Source of the DNA: an uncultured Verrucomicrobiae bacterium | GTDB taxonomy: Bacteria > Verrucomicrobiota > Verrucomicrobiia > Chthoniobacterales > UBA10450 | Length of the DNA stretch: 64,000 nt | Direction: 5' to 3' | Assembly: GCA_963815455.1 (NCBI GenBank) | Contig: CAWFGO010000005.1 | Span: forward strand, 1 to 64,000 | Shown here: piece after piece, positions 8,940-20,062 of the stretch | Numbering within the stretch: the stretch's first letter is position 1 | How the letters are laid out: each line of letters starts with the position of its first letter | Translations under genes and position numbers: made by a program | The notes under the pieces: model-generated | What the model was told of the DNA's origin: nothing | The model's input: the letters and a program-made list of their open reading frames with translations, nothing else | Database searches by the model: none

Positions 8940-8955
8940 AGCAGGCTTCGTGCCC
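8940..8955 (-). promoter_or_regulatory. Putative sigma54 (-24/-12) promoter for the FN3 gene
   Basis: Minus strand GGGCACGAAGCCTGCT = GG-N10-GC about 30 nt before the ATG. Confidence 0.5.
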
Positions 8956-9062
8956 AATTGCCGAAATCGGGATACCCGTTCTTGCAGGGCCGCCAGATGG
9001 GTTGAACAGGGTAAAAAAGGTCCCGCAATCATCGCTCAGGGCGAAACAAAGGAGATCCACCG

Positions 9063-11213
9063 GTGACATTGGATTCATCGATCGCTTTTCTGGCTGCACT
9101 TTTCAGTGCCGCTTTGGCCGCCGCCGTTCTGTCCCGCAAGCGGCGATCAGTGGCCGCCTGGTGCTTCTCTGCCGGGATGCTCGTTTTTGCTCTGGAAAGC
9201 CTGTTGGCCGGGATGAGTCTCGGAGCGGTTTTGCCCGACGATATTGCGTTCTGGCAAACTCTCGGCTTCCTGGCCAAATCGTTCCTTCCCGGAATTTGGC
9301 TCTGTTTTAGTCTGACCTATTCGAGGGCAAACCGTCGCGACTTTGTTGTCCGATCATGGTTCCTTCTCGTAGCGGCCTTTCTGATTCCTCTTTGTTTACT
9401 GCCTGCATTGTACGGGCCGTTTCTTTACGTTCACGCGATCACTCCGTCCGCTCAGGGATGGTCGATCCAGTTTGGCGAAACTGCGAAAATCCTCAACGGC
9501 CTCATCCTTGTTTCAACCATCCTAATTTTGACCAATCTTGAGCGAACCTTTCGCTCAGCCGTCGGAACGATGCGGTGGCGGATCAAGTTTCTCGTGCTGG
9601 GGCTCGGAGTCATTTTTGGCACTCGGATATATACCCGGAGCCAGTCTTTGCTTTTTTCTGGGTACAATCTGGGCCAGTTAGACCTCGAAACCGCCGCGCT
9701 AGTCATTGGATGCGGGTTGATAGCGATTGGCTATTTCCGAAGCGGTTTTGGCGAAGTCGATGTCTACCCGTCGAGCGCGGTTCTGCATACGTCGGTGACT
9801 GTGCTATTGGCTGGGGCTTATCTTTTCGTGGTGGGCGTGTTGGCCAAGGTTGTGGCTCGCTTCGGCGGTGCCGGCAGTTTCCAGATCGCCGCTTTCCTGG
9901 TCCTTTTGGGAGCCGCTCTTCTGGCTGTGCTATTGCTTTCCGATCGGTTGCGCCAGAACATTCAACTCTTTGTTAGTCGCCATTTCAAGCGCCCGCAGCA
10001 CGATTTCCGGCTGGTATGGACGCGATTTACCCGCAGGATCGCGCCCATTGTCGATGAGCCTGGTCTTTGTTTGGTGACGTCGCGATTCATTGCCGAGACC
10101 TTTAATGCCCTTTCCGTTTCCGTTTGGTTATTTGACGAACATCGACAGCGGCTTGTCCAAAAAAGCTCGACCGCCGATTCCGATCGCGAATCCGGCGGCC
10201 TTGGCTCAAACGAATTGGGGGAGTCGCAGGAGCTGGACCCCGAGGCATTGAGCGAGTTGCTGGGTCCGTTCGATCTCGACAAGGCAGGGCAGGGGTGCCC
10301 GAAAAATTTAAAGGAGATCGGTGGAGGACAATTTCGGACCGGGGGGAACCGCATCTGCGTGCCGTTGCTGACAGGCGAGTGCCCTCTCGGGGTAATCATT
10401 CTGGCCGATCGGGTGGGGGGGATTCGTTACACTGGTGAAGAGATGGATCTGCTCAAATGCATCGGCGACCAGGTGGCCGCCAGCCTGTTGAATCTGCGTC
10501 TTTCCCGCGAGCTGATGGAAAAAAAGGAACTGGAGGCCTTCCAAACGATCTCCGCTTTTTTTGTCCACGATCTCAAGAACGCGGCCTCGACCCTGGGCCT
10601 GACCTTGCAAAATCTGCCCAAGCACTTCGATGACCCTGAGTTCCGTCAGGACACTCTCCGTGGAATCGGAAGTGCCGCCGACCGGATCAACCAGATCGTC
10701 AGCCGGTTGAACGCTTTCCGCCACGAGTTGCATCTGACCAGCGGCGACGTCGATCTTAACCGGTTGGTCACTGGGGCGGTCGATAGCCTGAACGGCACAA
10801 TGGGCGCCGAAGTCGTTACCCAAATGCAACCTGTTTCGATGATTGCCGGTGATGACGACAAACTACAAAGCGTGGTTACGAATCTGCTTCTAAACGCCCG
10901 CGACGCGGCCGGCGACCGGGGCCGGATCACCGTGGCAACGAGCCAGCACAAGAACTGCGTTGTCCTTTCCGTTTCCGATAACGGTTGCGGGATGTCCCCC
11001 GATTTCATTCGAGATTCGCTTTTCCGGCCCTTCCGGACGACAAAAAAGAAAGGCCTCGGTATCGGGATGTTTCAGGCCAAAATGATTGTTGATGCGCATC
11101 GTGGTAGTATTCAAGTCGAGAGCGAAGTTGGCGTGGGAACGACATTCCGGGTTACTTTGCCGATAATGACGACCACAAGACCACAGACCACAGACTACAA
11201 GACAGCGGGATAA
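9063..11213 (+). CDS. prsK: PEP-CTERM system histidine kinase PrsK
   Basis: N-terminal TMs, GAF, AFFVHDLKN H-box, NLLLNA, DNGCGMS, FRPFRTTKKKGLGIGM. Confidence 0.9.
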   Translation: MTLDSSIAFLAALFSAALAAAVLSRKRRSVAAWCFSAGMLVFALESLLAGMSLGAVLPDDIAFWQTLGFLAKSFLPGIWLCFSLTYSRANRRDFVVRSWFLLVAAFLIPLCLLPALYGPFLYVHAITPSAQGWSIQFGETAKILNGLILVSTILILTNLERTFRSAVGTMRWRIKFLVLGLGVIFGTRIYTRSQSLLFSGYNLGQLDLETAALVIGCGLIAIGYFRSGFGEVDVYPSSAVLHTSVTVLLAGAYLFVVGVLAKVVARFGGAGSFQIAAFLVLLGAALLAVLLLSDRLRQNIQLFVSRHFKRPQHDFRLVWTRFTRRIAPIVDEPGLCLVTSRFIAETFNALSVSVWLFDEHRQRLVQKSSTADSDRESGGLGSNELGESQELDPEALSELLGPFDLDKAGQGCPKNLKEIGGGQFRTGGNRICVPLLTGECPLGVIILADRVGGIRYTGEEMDLLKCIGDQVAASLLNLRLSRELMEKKELEAFQTISAFFVHDLKNAASTLGLTLQNLPKHFDDPEFRQDTLRGIGSAADRINQIVSRLNAFRHELHLTSGDVDLNRLVTGAVDSLNGTMGAEVVTQMQPVSMIAGDDDKLQSVVTNLLLNARDAAGDRGRITVATSQHKNCVVLSVSDNGCGMSPDFIRDSLFRPFRTTKKKGLGIGMFQAKMIVDAHRGSIQVESEVGVGTTFRVTLPIMTTTRPQTTDYKTAG

Positions 11214-11290
11214 AACAAGACCACAGGACCACGGGGCAACCGGACCACGGGGGGACCGCAGACAACAAGACTACTGACCACAGGACGACT
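11171..11290 (+). repeat. Left arm of four-helix-bundle cassette 4 (GACCACA/GACCACGG units), overlapping the prsK 3' end
   Basis: gaccacaa gaccaca gaccaca gactacaa ... gaccacag gaccacgg ... gacaacaa gactact gaccacag. Confidence 0.88.
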
Positions 11291-11296
11291 AAGAAC

Positions 11297-11737
11297 GTGA
11301 GGGACTATAGTAAAATAAAGGCGTGGCAACTCGCTGATGATCTGACCGTTGCGATATACGAACGCACACGATCGTTCCCCCGAGAAGAAGTGTACGGCCT
11401 AACCAGCCAATTGCGCCGCGCCTCTTATTCCGTCCCGGCGAATATCGTGGAAGGAGCGTCACGCGAGAGCAAGAGGGATTATTTGCATTTCCTTTATATC
11501 GCCCGCGGATCGCTGTCCGAAACGCAGTATTTCATCCATCTGGCGCGAAGACTGAGATATCTGTCTGACAAAGACGCTGAAACTCTTCACGAACAGACAA
11601 AAGTGGCATTTGGCTGTTTGCATGGACTCATCCGCGCGGTTGAAAAAGAAGCTGGCAAAGTAATTGCCATGATTACCAGTTTATTAGCAATCGGTTTCGT
11701 TTGCCGGTCAAGTAATCACTTGCCCGTAGTCTCGTAG
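11297..11737 (+). CDS. Four-helix-bundle protein #4
   Basis: YSKIKAWQLA...FPREEVYGLTSQLRRASYSVPANIVEG...YLHFLYIARGSLSETQY. Confidence 0.93.
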   Translation: MRDYSKIKAWQLADDLTVAIYERTRSFPREEVYGLTSQLRRASYSVPANIVEGASRESKRDYLHFLYIARGSLSETQYFIHLARRLRYLSDKDAETLHEQTKVAFGCLHGLIRAVEKEAGKVIAMITSLLAIGFVCRSSNHLPVVS

Positions 11738-11791
11738 CCACAACGATGACAAGAAAAACAGTCCGTGGTCTGTTGTCAGTGGTTAGTGGCC
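11724..11791 (+). repeat. Right arm of four-helix-bundle cassette 4
   Basis: ccgtagtc tcgtagcc ... cgtggtc tgttgtc agtggtt agtggcc. Confidence 0.75.
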
Positions 11792-11805
11792 AGGCGTGAC
11801 GTTAT

Positions 11806-13218
11806 ATGAAGCCCAGATTGCTCGTGGTCGATGACGATGCGGAGATCCGCACCCAAATGAAGTGGGCGCTCGGCTCCGACTACGATGTTGTTTCGGCCGA
11901 AGATCGCACCGGAGCGGTGAAGGCTTTCAAGGCCGAGCAACCTGCAGTCACCCTGCTCGATTTGGGCCTGCCGCCTCGCCCAAATGACTGCGAAGAGGGT
12001 CTGGCCGCCCTAACGGATCTGCTGGCGATCGGCCCGCAGGCGAAAATTATCGTCATTTCGGGCCAGGGAGAAAAGAAAAATGCCATCCAGGCCGTTGGCG
12101 CAGGAGCTTACGATTTCCTCTGCAAACCGGTGGACGTAGAAGAGCTAAAGCTGATCCTTCGGCGGTGTATCTACGTGGTTAATCTCGAAAACGAGTACAG
12201 GGAAATACAACGCAAAACGCAGCCCGGCGCATTTGAAGACATGCTCGGAACGAGTCCGCAAATGCAGGGCGTTTTCGGGTTTATTCGCAAAGTGGCTGGG
12301 ACGACCGCGCCGGTGCTGTTGCTCGGTGAAAGCGGCACCGGGAAGGAAATGGCTGCCCTGGCCATTCATCGCCGCAGTCCCGGGGAGAAGGCCCATTTAT
12401 TGCCATCAATTGCAACGCCATCCCGGAAAACCTGCTCGAGAGCGAGCTATTCGGCCACGAAAAGGGCTCCTTTACCGGCGCTCATGCTCAACGCAAGGGG
12501 CTGATCGAAAGTGCCGGCGGCGGCACTTTGTTCCTGGACGAGATCGGCGAACTTCCACCCTCGATTCAAGTCAAGCTGCTCCGCTTTCTGCAGGAACAAC
12601 GCTTTCAGCGGGTCGGCGGCCGGCAGGAAATCCAAATCGATACCCGGGTGATCGCCGCCACCAACGCCGATCTCAAAGAGTCGGTGTCGAACGGAAAATT
12701 CCGGGAGGACTTGTACTTCCGGCTGGCCGTGGTCGTCCTCAAGCTGCCTCCGCTGCGCGATCGCGGAGACGATGTCGATCTTCTGGCCCAAAATTTCCTG
12801 CAGCAGTTTGCGGTGCAATGCGAGAAGAAGCGTTTGACACTTGCGCCCGATGCGCTCCGGGCCATTCGACGCCATGCCTGGCCGGGGAACGTCCGCGAGC
12901 TTCAAAACCGAATTAAGCGGGCGGTCATCATGGCCGATGGAAAGACGAATTTCCGCGGACGACCTGGAATTAACAGGAGGCAATGAGCTGGTGGTACCGG
13001 CTACCTTGAAAGAGGTGCGCGAAAACGTCGAGCGCGAGCTGGTGGAGCAAACGCTCAAACGTCACGCCGGCAAGATCACATCGGCGGCGGCCGATCTTGG
13101 AATCAGCCGGCCAACCTTGTACGAATTGATGGAAAAACTCGGCATTGCGCGCACCGACAAAGCGCAATCCTTGGGCTCCTCCGATGCAGAAGCTGCGACT
13201 GAACCGCAGGAAGCATGA
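11806..13218 (+). CDS. prsR: PEP-CTERM-box sigma54 response regulator PrsR (two apparent frameshifts, about 12380 and 12945)
   Basis: Receiver [46 protein letters not shown] and Fis-type [12 protein letters not shown], across three ORFs. Confidence 0.9.
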
Positions 13219-13273
13219 GGAAATGGCGGGCCTTGATTCCTGAATTCGAGTAAGATCGAGAGGGTTGAAAAAT

Positions 13274-16200
13274 ATGCGAAAACTAATTGTTAACTTCCTG
13301 GTCGGAACAGCTTTGGTAGAAATGATCCTTCCGCTTTCAGGTTGCTCGAAATCGGTCCGGACATCCCGATTCATCGAGCAGGCAGATCAGTACTATAAGT
13401 CGGGGAACTACGACAAGGCCAAGATCCAATACCTAAACGCTCTACGCCTCGATCATCAGAATGTTCGGGCATTCGAACAACTCGGCTTGATTTGGAGCGA
13501 GCAGGGGGTCCCCCTTCGGGCCATCCCGTTTCTTTTGAAAGTTCGAGAACTTGCCCCGAAACATACTCCGGCCAGAGACAAACTCGCCCTGGCCTTGATG
13601 GCACTGGGCGACCGGACGGAAGCCAGAAAGGAAGCAAAGGCAATCCTCGAGCAAGACCCGAAGAACTCCGATGCCATCATCTTGATCGCCGATACCGCCC
13701 AGGGCAAGGAAGACTTTGCCGCCACCGAGGAATACCTGAAGAAATTTCCAGACAAGCAAACAGCGGCCTACCATCTGGCCGGGGCCAGCCTGGCCGTTAA
13801 GAAGGGAGAGATCGGAGCCGCTTCGGATGAAGTCCAGCAGGCAATCGCCGCTGAGCCGAAATCAGCCCGGGCCCATCTTGTCCTGGGTTTCCTCTACCTT
13901 CTTCGCAAAGACAAGGCTCGGGCCGGAGAGGAATTGAAAACCGCGGCCGATTTGGCGCCGCTCCGGTCGGACGAACGAATCAAGTACGCCGAGTTTCAGG
14001 CTGCCGATGGAAATCGTGAGGAGGCCAAACGAGTTCTCGGGGAGATAACGAAAGCGGCCCCCGATTATCTGCCGGCGTGGCGGGATCTGGCCCAAATTGC
14101 CCTAACGGAAAAGAAATACGACGAAGCTCTGACGTTTCTGGAGAACATGATTGGCCGGGATCCCGACAATCCCGAGGCCCGGCTTCTGCAATCCAGCGTT
14201 TTTCTGGCCAACGGCGAGGGGCACAAAGCGGTTGCCAGCCTGGATAGATTGAACGCGAACTATCCAAAGAATCCGCTGATCAAGCTTCAGATCGCGAAAG
14301 CGTATGTGCAGACCAGAAATCTGTCCCAGGCGAGCCTCGCGCTCGAACAAGCATTGAAGGCCCGGCCCGATTTCGCCGAAGCCATTCTGGCCCTGGCCGA
14401 ACTGAACCTGCGAACCGGCAAAGCCCAGGCCGTGGTTGCGCCGATGGAGGACCTGCTCAAAAAACATCCGGAGATGTCGCAGGCGCGCGTCTTGTTAGCC
14501 GATGCTTACCGGGGGTTGGGGAAATTGGACAAGGCGGCCGAGCTTTTTCGCGAACAAATCAAGGCGAAGCCAGATTCGGGGGATTCGTATCTTCTTCTTG
14601 GGTTGATTCTTCGCCAGCAAAAGAAGGAGGAAGAAGCCCGGCAGGCATTTGAAAAAGCAGGGGAATTGGCTCCAGACAACCTCCTCCCGATCGATCAGCT
14701 GATCGACATGGATTTGCGGCAGAAGCAGTTCGACAATGCCGAACAGCGTGTTCAACAACTGTTTCAAAAAATCCCGGATTTTCCTCCGGCCCACGTGTTG
14801 CAAGGCAAGATTTTCGCCGCCCAAGGGAAGTGGGACGCGGCCGAGGCGGAATTCAAAAAAACAATCGAGCTGAAACCGGACTACGCCCCAGCCTACGACT
14901 TGTTGATTCAGGTCTATCTGATCTCCAAGAGAGTGCCGCAGGCCATCGACGAGTTGCAAAAGCTCGCGTCAAAACAGCCAAAAGACCCGCGCCCCCTGAT
15001 GTTGCTGGGACATCTATACGATCGAACGAATGATTTTCCCAAGGCGCGAGAAACATATGAAAGAGTGCTGGCCCTGAACCCGGACTCCGTCTTCGCCTTA
15101 AACAACCTCGCCTACATTTACGCCGGGCCATTAAACGACCTGGCCAAAGGCCATGAACTGGCAACCAAAGCGCGCTCGTTGCAACCGAATGAACCCTCCG
15201 TTGCCGATACTCTGGGCTGGATTCTATATAAGAAAGGAGAGTTTCAGCAGGCTCTGGCCTTGCTTCAGGAAAGCGTGAGCAAGCAGCCCGACAACGGGGA
15301 AATGCAGTTTCATCTTGGCATGACTTATTACATGATGGGGCAATCCGACGCGGCCCGCGCGGCTTTGGAGCGGGCGGTCCAGGTGACTGGCGACTATCCC
15401 GGAAAGGATGAGGCGCAACGCCGGCTCGCCGCATTACAACAGTCGGGAACCCAGCGCACCACGACCGAACTGGAGGCCGACCTGAAGCAGCAGCCAGACG
15501 ACCCGCTGGGACTCATGCGTCTTGGGGAAGACTACGAAAAGCAAGACAAGGCGGCAGAGGCAGCGGTGGCATTTGAAAAGGCTTATCAGCTCAACCCCAA
15601 GCTCCCCGGCCTCGCCTTGAAACTCGCCCAACTGTATGCCGGACCGCTGCATAAAAGTGACAAAGCTCTTGAGATGGCTAAGAAAGCGCGCGACCTGGCG
15701 CCAAACGATGCCACGGTGGCAGGTACCCTGGGGGCCGTGGTCCTGAAGGCGGGTAACTATCAGTGGGCTTATACTCTTCTGAAGGAAAGCGCCCGGCTGA
15801 GCGCGAACGACCCTGGCGTGCTACGCGACTTGGCCTGGGCGGCATATTATTGTGGCAAAGTTTCGGAGGCGCGCCAGATGATGCGAAAACTCCAGACTGC
15901 GGCTGATTCTGGTTCCTCAGACCAAAAAGAGGCGGAGCAATTTCTTGGCTTAACGAGTATCGAGGAAGGTCCCACCCGCCTGCTGGCGGTGGAAGATCAG
16001 ATCGATCCTGTGCTTCAAGCGCGCCCAGATTATCTTCCGGCGCTGATGGCGCACGCCGCCCTGCAAATCAAACAGGGGAACATTGACGCCGCGATCAAGA
16101 GCTACAACGAAATCCTGGGTCGCTATCCGGACTTTGCCCCGGCCCAGCGAGACCTTGCCACACTATATGCTGCGAGTCCTGGTTCGCTGGACAAGGCCAA

Positions 16201-16513
16201 GGAACTCGCTACCCGCGCGCGCAAGTCGCTCCCGGAGGATTCGCGTCTGGCCCGCCTGCTTGGTCAGGTTAACTTTCAAAGCCAGCAGTATAACAACGCG
16301 ATCCAGTTCTTTAAGGAGAGCGCACGGAAGACACCCCTGGACGCCGCTTCGCTCTATCAACTGGGCATAGCGGAAATCGAAACTGCTAAGACGGCCGACG
16401 GCATCGAACATCTTCGTCGTGCCGTGGCGGGTGGCCTTGATGGCGCCTTAGCCGCAGACGCCCAGCGGCGGATGGCAGCAGCGGAACAAAAAAAGGTCAA
16501 TAGCCGCGTTTAA
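13274..16513 (+). CDS. PrsT-like TPR lipoprotein #1
   Basis: Lipobox LSGC, many TPRs, ALNNLAY, VADTLGWILY, FHLGM. Confidence 0.85.
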   Translation: MRKLIVNFLVGTALVEMILPLSGCSKSVRTSRFIEQADQYYKSGNYDKAKIQYLNALRLDHQNVRAFEQLGLIWSEQGVPLRAIPFLLKVRELAPKHTPARDKLALALMALGDRTEARKEAKAILEQDPKNSDAIILIADTAQGKEDFAATEEYLKKFPDKQTAAYHLAGASLAVKKGEIGAASDEVQQAIAAEPKSARAHLVLGFLYLLRKDKARAGEELKTAADLAPLRSDERIKYAEFQAADGNREEAKRVLGEITKAAPDYLPAWRDLAQIALTEKKYDEALTFLENMIGRDPDNPEARLLQSSVFLANGEGHKAVASLDRLNANYPKNPLIKLQIAKAYVQTRNLSQASLALEQALKARPDFAEAILALAELNLRTGKAQAVVAPMEDLLKKHPEMSQARVLLADAYRGLGKLDKAAELFREQIKAKPDSGDSYLLLGLILRQQKKEEEARQAFEKAGELAPDNLLPIDQLIDMDLRQKQFDNAEQRVQQLFQKIPDFPPAHVLQGKIFAAQGKWDAAEAEFKKTIELKPDYAPAYDLLIQVYLISKRVPQAIDELQKLASKQPKDPRPLMLLGHLYDRTNDFPKARETYERVLALNPDSVFALNNLAYIYAGPLNDLAKGHELATKARSLQPNEPSVADTLGWILYKKGEFQQALALLQESVSKQPDNGEMQFHLGMTYYMMGQSDAARAALERAVQVTGDYPGKDEAQRRLAALQQSGTQRTTTELEADLKQQPDDPLGLMRLGEDYEKQDKAAEAAVAFEKAYQLNPKLPGLALKLAQLYAGPLHKSDKALEMAKKARDLAPNDATVAGTLGAVVLKAGNYQWAYTLLKESARLSANDPGVLRDLAWAAYYCGKVSEARQMMRKLQTAADSGSSDQKEAEQFLGLTSIEEGPTRLLAVEDQIDPVLQARPDYLPALMAHAALQIKQGNIDAAIKSYNEILGRYPDFAPAQRDLATLYAASPGSLDKAKELATRARKSLPEDSRLARLLGQVNFQSQQYNNAIQFFKESARKTPLDAASLYQLGIAEIETAKTADGIEHLRRAVAGGLDGALAADAQRRMAAAEQKKVNSRV

Positions 16514-16552
16514 TTACGCTTTCACTTACGTCGCACATACGAAACCAAGATT

Positions 16553-19500
16553 ATGAGTAGGATAAAAAATCTGATTTTACGGGCCTTTCTCGTGTTATGC
16601 ATAACAAGCCTTTCCTGCGGCTGCTCGCGGGCAAACAAAGCTCGCACCGCCGAGCAGGCTCAACGCGATTTGGACGCAGGCGAATACGACAAGGCGAAGA
16701 TCGATTACCTGAAGCTATTGCGAATCGACCAGGAGAATGTCGTCGCGATGGAACGGCTGGGCTCAGTGTGGCTGGATTCAGGCGCTCCGTTGCGGGCATT
16801 ACCGTATCTTCTACGGCTGCGCCAACTAGCGCCTGAAAACCTTGAAGGACGAACTAAGCTGGCCCGCGCTTTTCAAGCCATCGGCGGCGATTCCGAGGCC
16901 AGGAAGGAAGCCGCTGCGATTTTGGAGCAGGATGCAGCCAACCTCGATGCCATCACGATTCTGGCCGAAACCAGCCGAAGCAAGGATGAGATAGCCGAGG
17001 CGCAGGAGCAGCTAGAACATTATCCGGCCAAGAACACCGCGGCATTTCACCTTGCCGCAGCCAGCCTTGCTGTCCGACAAGAAAACATCGGCACAGCCTC
17101 AGATGAAGTGCAGCAGGCAATCGCCGCCGAACCGAAATCGGCCCGGGCTCATATGATCCGGGCCTTCATCTATCTCCTTCGCAAGGACAAGGCCCGGGCG
17201 GAACAGGAATTGAAAACAGCCGCCGAACTGGCGCCACCCAGGTCGGAGGAACGAATCAAGTACGCTCAGTTTCTGGCTGCCAATGGAAATCCTGACGCAG
17301 CCCAACGAGTCCTCAAGGAGATAACGAAAGCGGCGCCCGATTACCTGCCGGCCTGGCGGGATCTGGCCCAGATTGCCCTAACGGAAAAAAATTACGACGA
17401 GGCGCTCTCTCTCCTGGAAAATATCTTCAGCCGGGACGCCGAGAACCCCGAAGGCAGGGTCCTCCAGGCAAATGTTTGGCTAGGCAAGGGAAATAGCGCC
17501 AAAGCAATTGAGTCCTTGGACAAAGTAAGCAAAATCTATCCCGACAATCCGCTCCTCAAATTCTACCTTGGTCGCGCTTACTTGGCCGGCAACAAGCCCG
17601 CTCAAGCCGTTTCCGCGTTGGAGCAAGCGATTTCTTTAAAACCAGACTATGCGGAGGCGGCTCTGATGCTGGCCGAACTGAATATGAGGTTAGGGAAACC
17701 TGAAGCTGTCGTTTCAACGATGGAGGATTTAGTCAAGAAAAGACCGGACTTAATCCAGGCACGACTGCTTCTCGCCAATGCCTATCGAACGCTGGGCAGA
17801 TTGGATGAAGCTGCGACGCTCTTCCGACAGCACGTCAACGCCATGCCTGGGTCATCTGAAGCCCACCTTTTTCTCGGCATGATCCTGCGACAGCAGACAA
17901 AGAACGATGAAGCCCGGAAGGAGTTTGAGAAAGCGGCAGAACTAGCGCCGGCAGATGACACGCGCTCGATCGATCAGTTGGTGGAAATGGATCTGGCCGA
18001 CGGTCACTATGATGTCGCCATGCAAAGGGCCCAGGAACAACTTCAGAGAAATCCGAATGCAGCAGTTGGTTATTTCCTGAAAGCCAAGGTCGATGCCGCT
18101 CAGCACCACTGGCAGGAGGCCGAAGCAGCTCTCCAAAAGGCCATCGACATCGATGCGCAGTTTGCCCCGGCTTACAACTTTCTCGTGTCCGTTTATGTGG
18201 CACAGGACAAGATACCGCAAGCCATCAGCAGGCTCGAAGCAGAGGCATCAAAGAATCCAGACAACTCGCGCGGCCTCATAATGACCGGGATTCTTTATGA
18301 ACAGATCAAGAATTACGACAAGGCGCGGGATACCTATGAGCGAGTTCTCACTCGGATGCCAAATTCAATTCTTGCCCTTAACAATCTCGCCGTCCTCTAT
18401 TCCGAGCGATTTAATCAGCGTGATCGGGCGTACGAGCCTGGCCCAGAAAGCACACACCCTGGAGCCGAATAATGGCGCCGTAGCCGACACGCTTGGATGG
18501 ATTTTGTACCGACGCGGCGAATACAAGAAGGCGTCGCTGCTGCTCCAGGAAGCTGCCGCCGCCCGTTCTGACGACGGGGAGATCCAATTTCATCTTGGCA
18601 TGGCCTATTACATGTTAGGGGAATCCGATCCGGCCCGCCTGGCTCTGGAACGCGCGGTAAAAGGGACCGGCGATTATCCAGGCAAGGCGGAAGCGCAGGA
18701 GCGGCTGGCTGCGCTTCAAAAATCGGGCCCTCAGGCTTCCACCAGCGATTTAGAGGCCAGTCTCAAACAACAGCCAAATGATCCGGCGGGTCTGATGCGC
18801 CTGGGCGAACGCTACGCCAAACAGGGCAAGACGGACGATGCGGCGGCCATGTACGAAAAGGCTTATAAGCTCAATCCAAACCTCCCCGGCCTCGCGATTG
18901 GATTGGCTCAACTTTATTCCGGACCGTTGCACGACCGGGAGAAAGCCCTCCTGTTCGCCAAGAAGGCCCGGGATATCGCCCCGACCGACGTCAAGGGAAC
19001 GGCCATGTTGGGCCGCATTGCCCTGGAGGCGGGAAATTTTGCCTGGGCCTACAGCGTTTTACAGGAAAGCGTGCGAATGGGGAACGATGATCCCAAAGCC
19101 ATTTACGATCTCGCCCTCGCTGCCTATGCCACGGGTAATGTCACCGACGCGCGAAAAAATATGGAACGACTGGCCGGCGCAAACCCGAGTGCGGACCAAG
19201 CGGCGGCAACCAAGCGGTTTCTGGCCATGACCGGCCTGGAAGAGCCTTCGGCTGAAGCGCTGGCGTCGGAATCCGAAGTTCAAAAGATTCTTAAGGAGCA
19301 ACCGGATTACGTCCCGGCCCTGATGGCGAAAGCTGCGATCCTCATGCAGCGCAACCAGGCCAAGGACGCCGAGGCCGTTTACTCTCAAGTCTTGCAGAAG
19401 TATCCCGATTTCGCTCCAGCGCAGAAACGATTGGCCGCGATTTACGGGGAAGAATCGAACAGCTTGAACAAGGCTTACGACCTGGCCATGAAGGCGCGAA

Positions 19501-19772
19501 AGACTCTTAAAGATGATCCGGAACTGGATCGGACCCTCGCTCGGATCAGCTTCAAGCGAAAAGAATTTCCGTATGCCGTACAATTGTTCGAGCAAACTGC
19601 TGCCAGGAAGCCTCTCGCAGCCCAGGACCTTTATTATCTGGGAATGGCCCAGTTCCAGAGCAAGCAGGAGGGTAAGGGACGGCAGTCGCTCGATTTAGCT
19701 TTGAAAGCGGGTCTTTCCGGGCCCCTTGCTGAAGAGGCGAAAAAACGCCTCGCCAATCAGCCATCAAAATAG
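16553..19772 (+). CDS. PrsT-like TPR lipoprotein #2 (apparent +1 frameshift about 18435)
   Basis: ORFs 16553-18472 and 18297-19772 together align end to end with TPR #1. Confidence 0.83.
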
Positions 19773-19898
19773 TTCTACGGCGGGCCTGGTTCGAAACGCT
19801 CCGATTCATGATGTGGCCGAATGCTGGTTGCCGCGAATTCTCGAGTTCAACTGCCGCTTCGTGGTGTCTTCTCCGGATTTCTTAATGCTTCGGTATTT

Positions 19899-20009
19899 CG
19901 TCGGAAATTCTTACGGTTTGATTAGAGCTACCCCAGAAAGCGTAAATGTATAAATGGTTGGTTCACAGTAATTTATACAAAATCATATCGCCGTGGCACG
20001 TTAGGTGCT
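19899..20009 (+). promoter_or_regulatory. Upstream motif CGTCGGAAATTCTTACG plus sigma54 promoter TGGCACGTTAGGTGCT
   Basis: Motif 19899-19915; GG-N10-GC at 19995-20008. Confidence 0.85.
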
Positions 20010-20062
20010 AAGCGGTGTGGGGAAAGTTCAACCCTCAAAAATTTGAAAGCCCAAAAAAAAGT

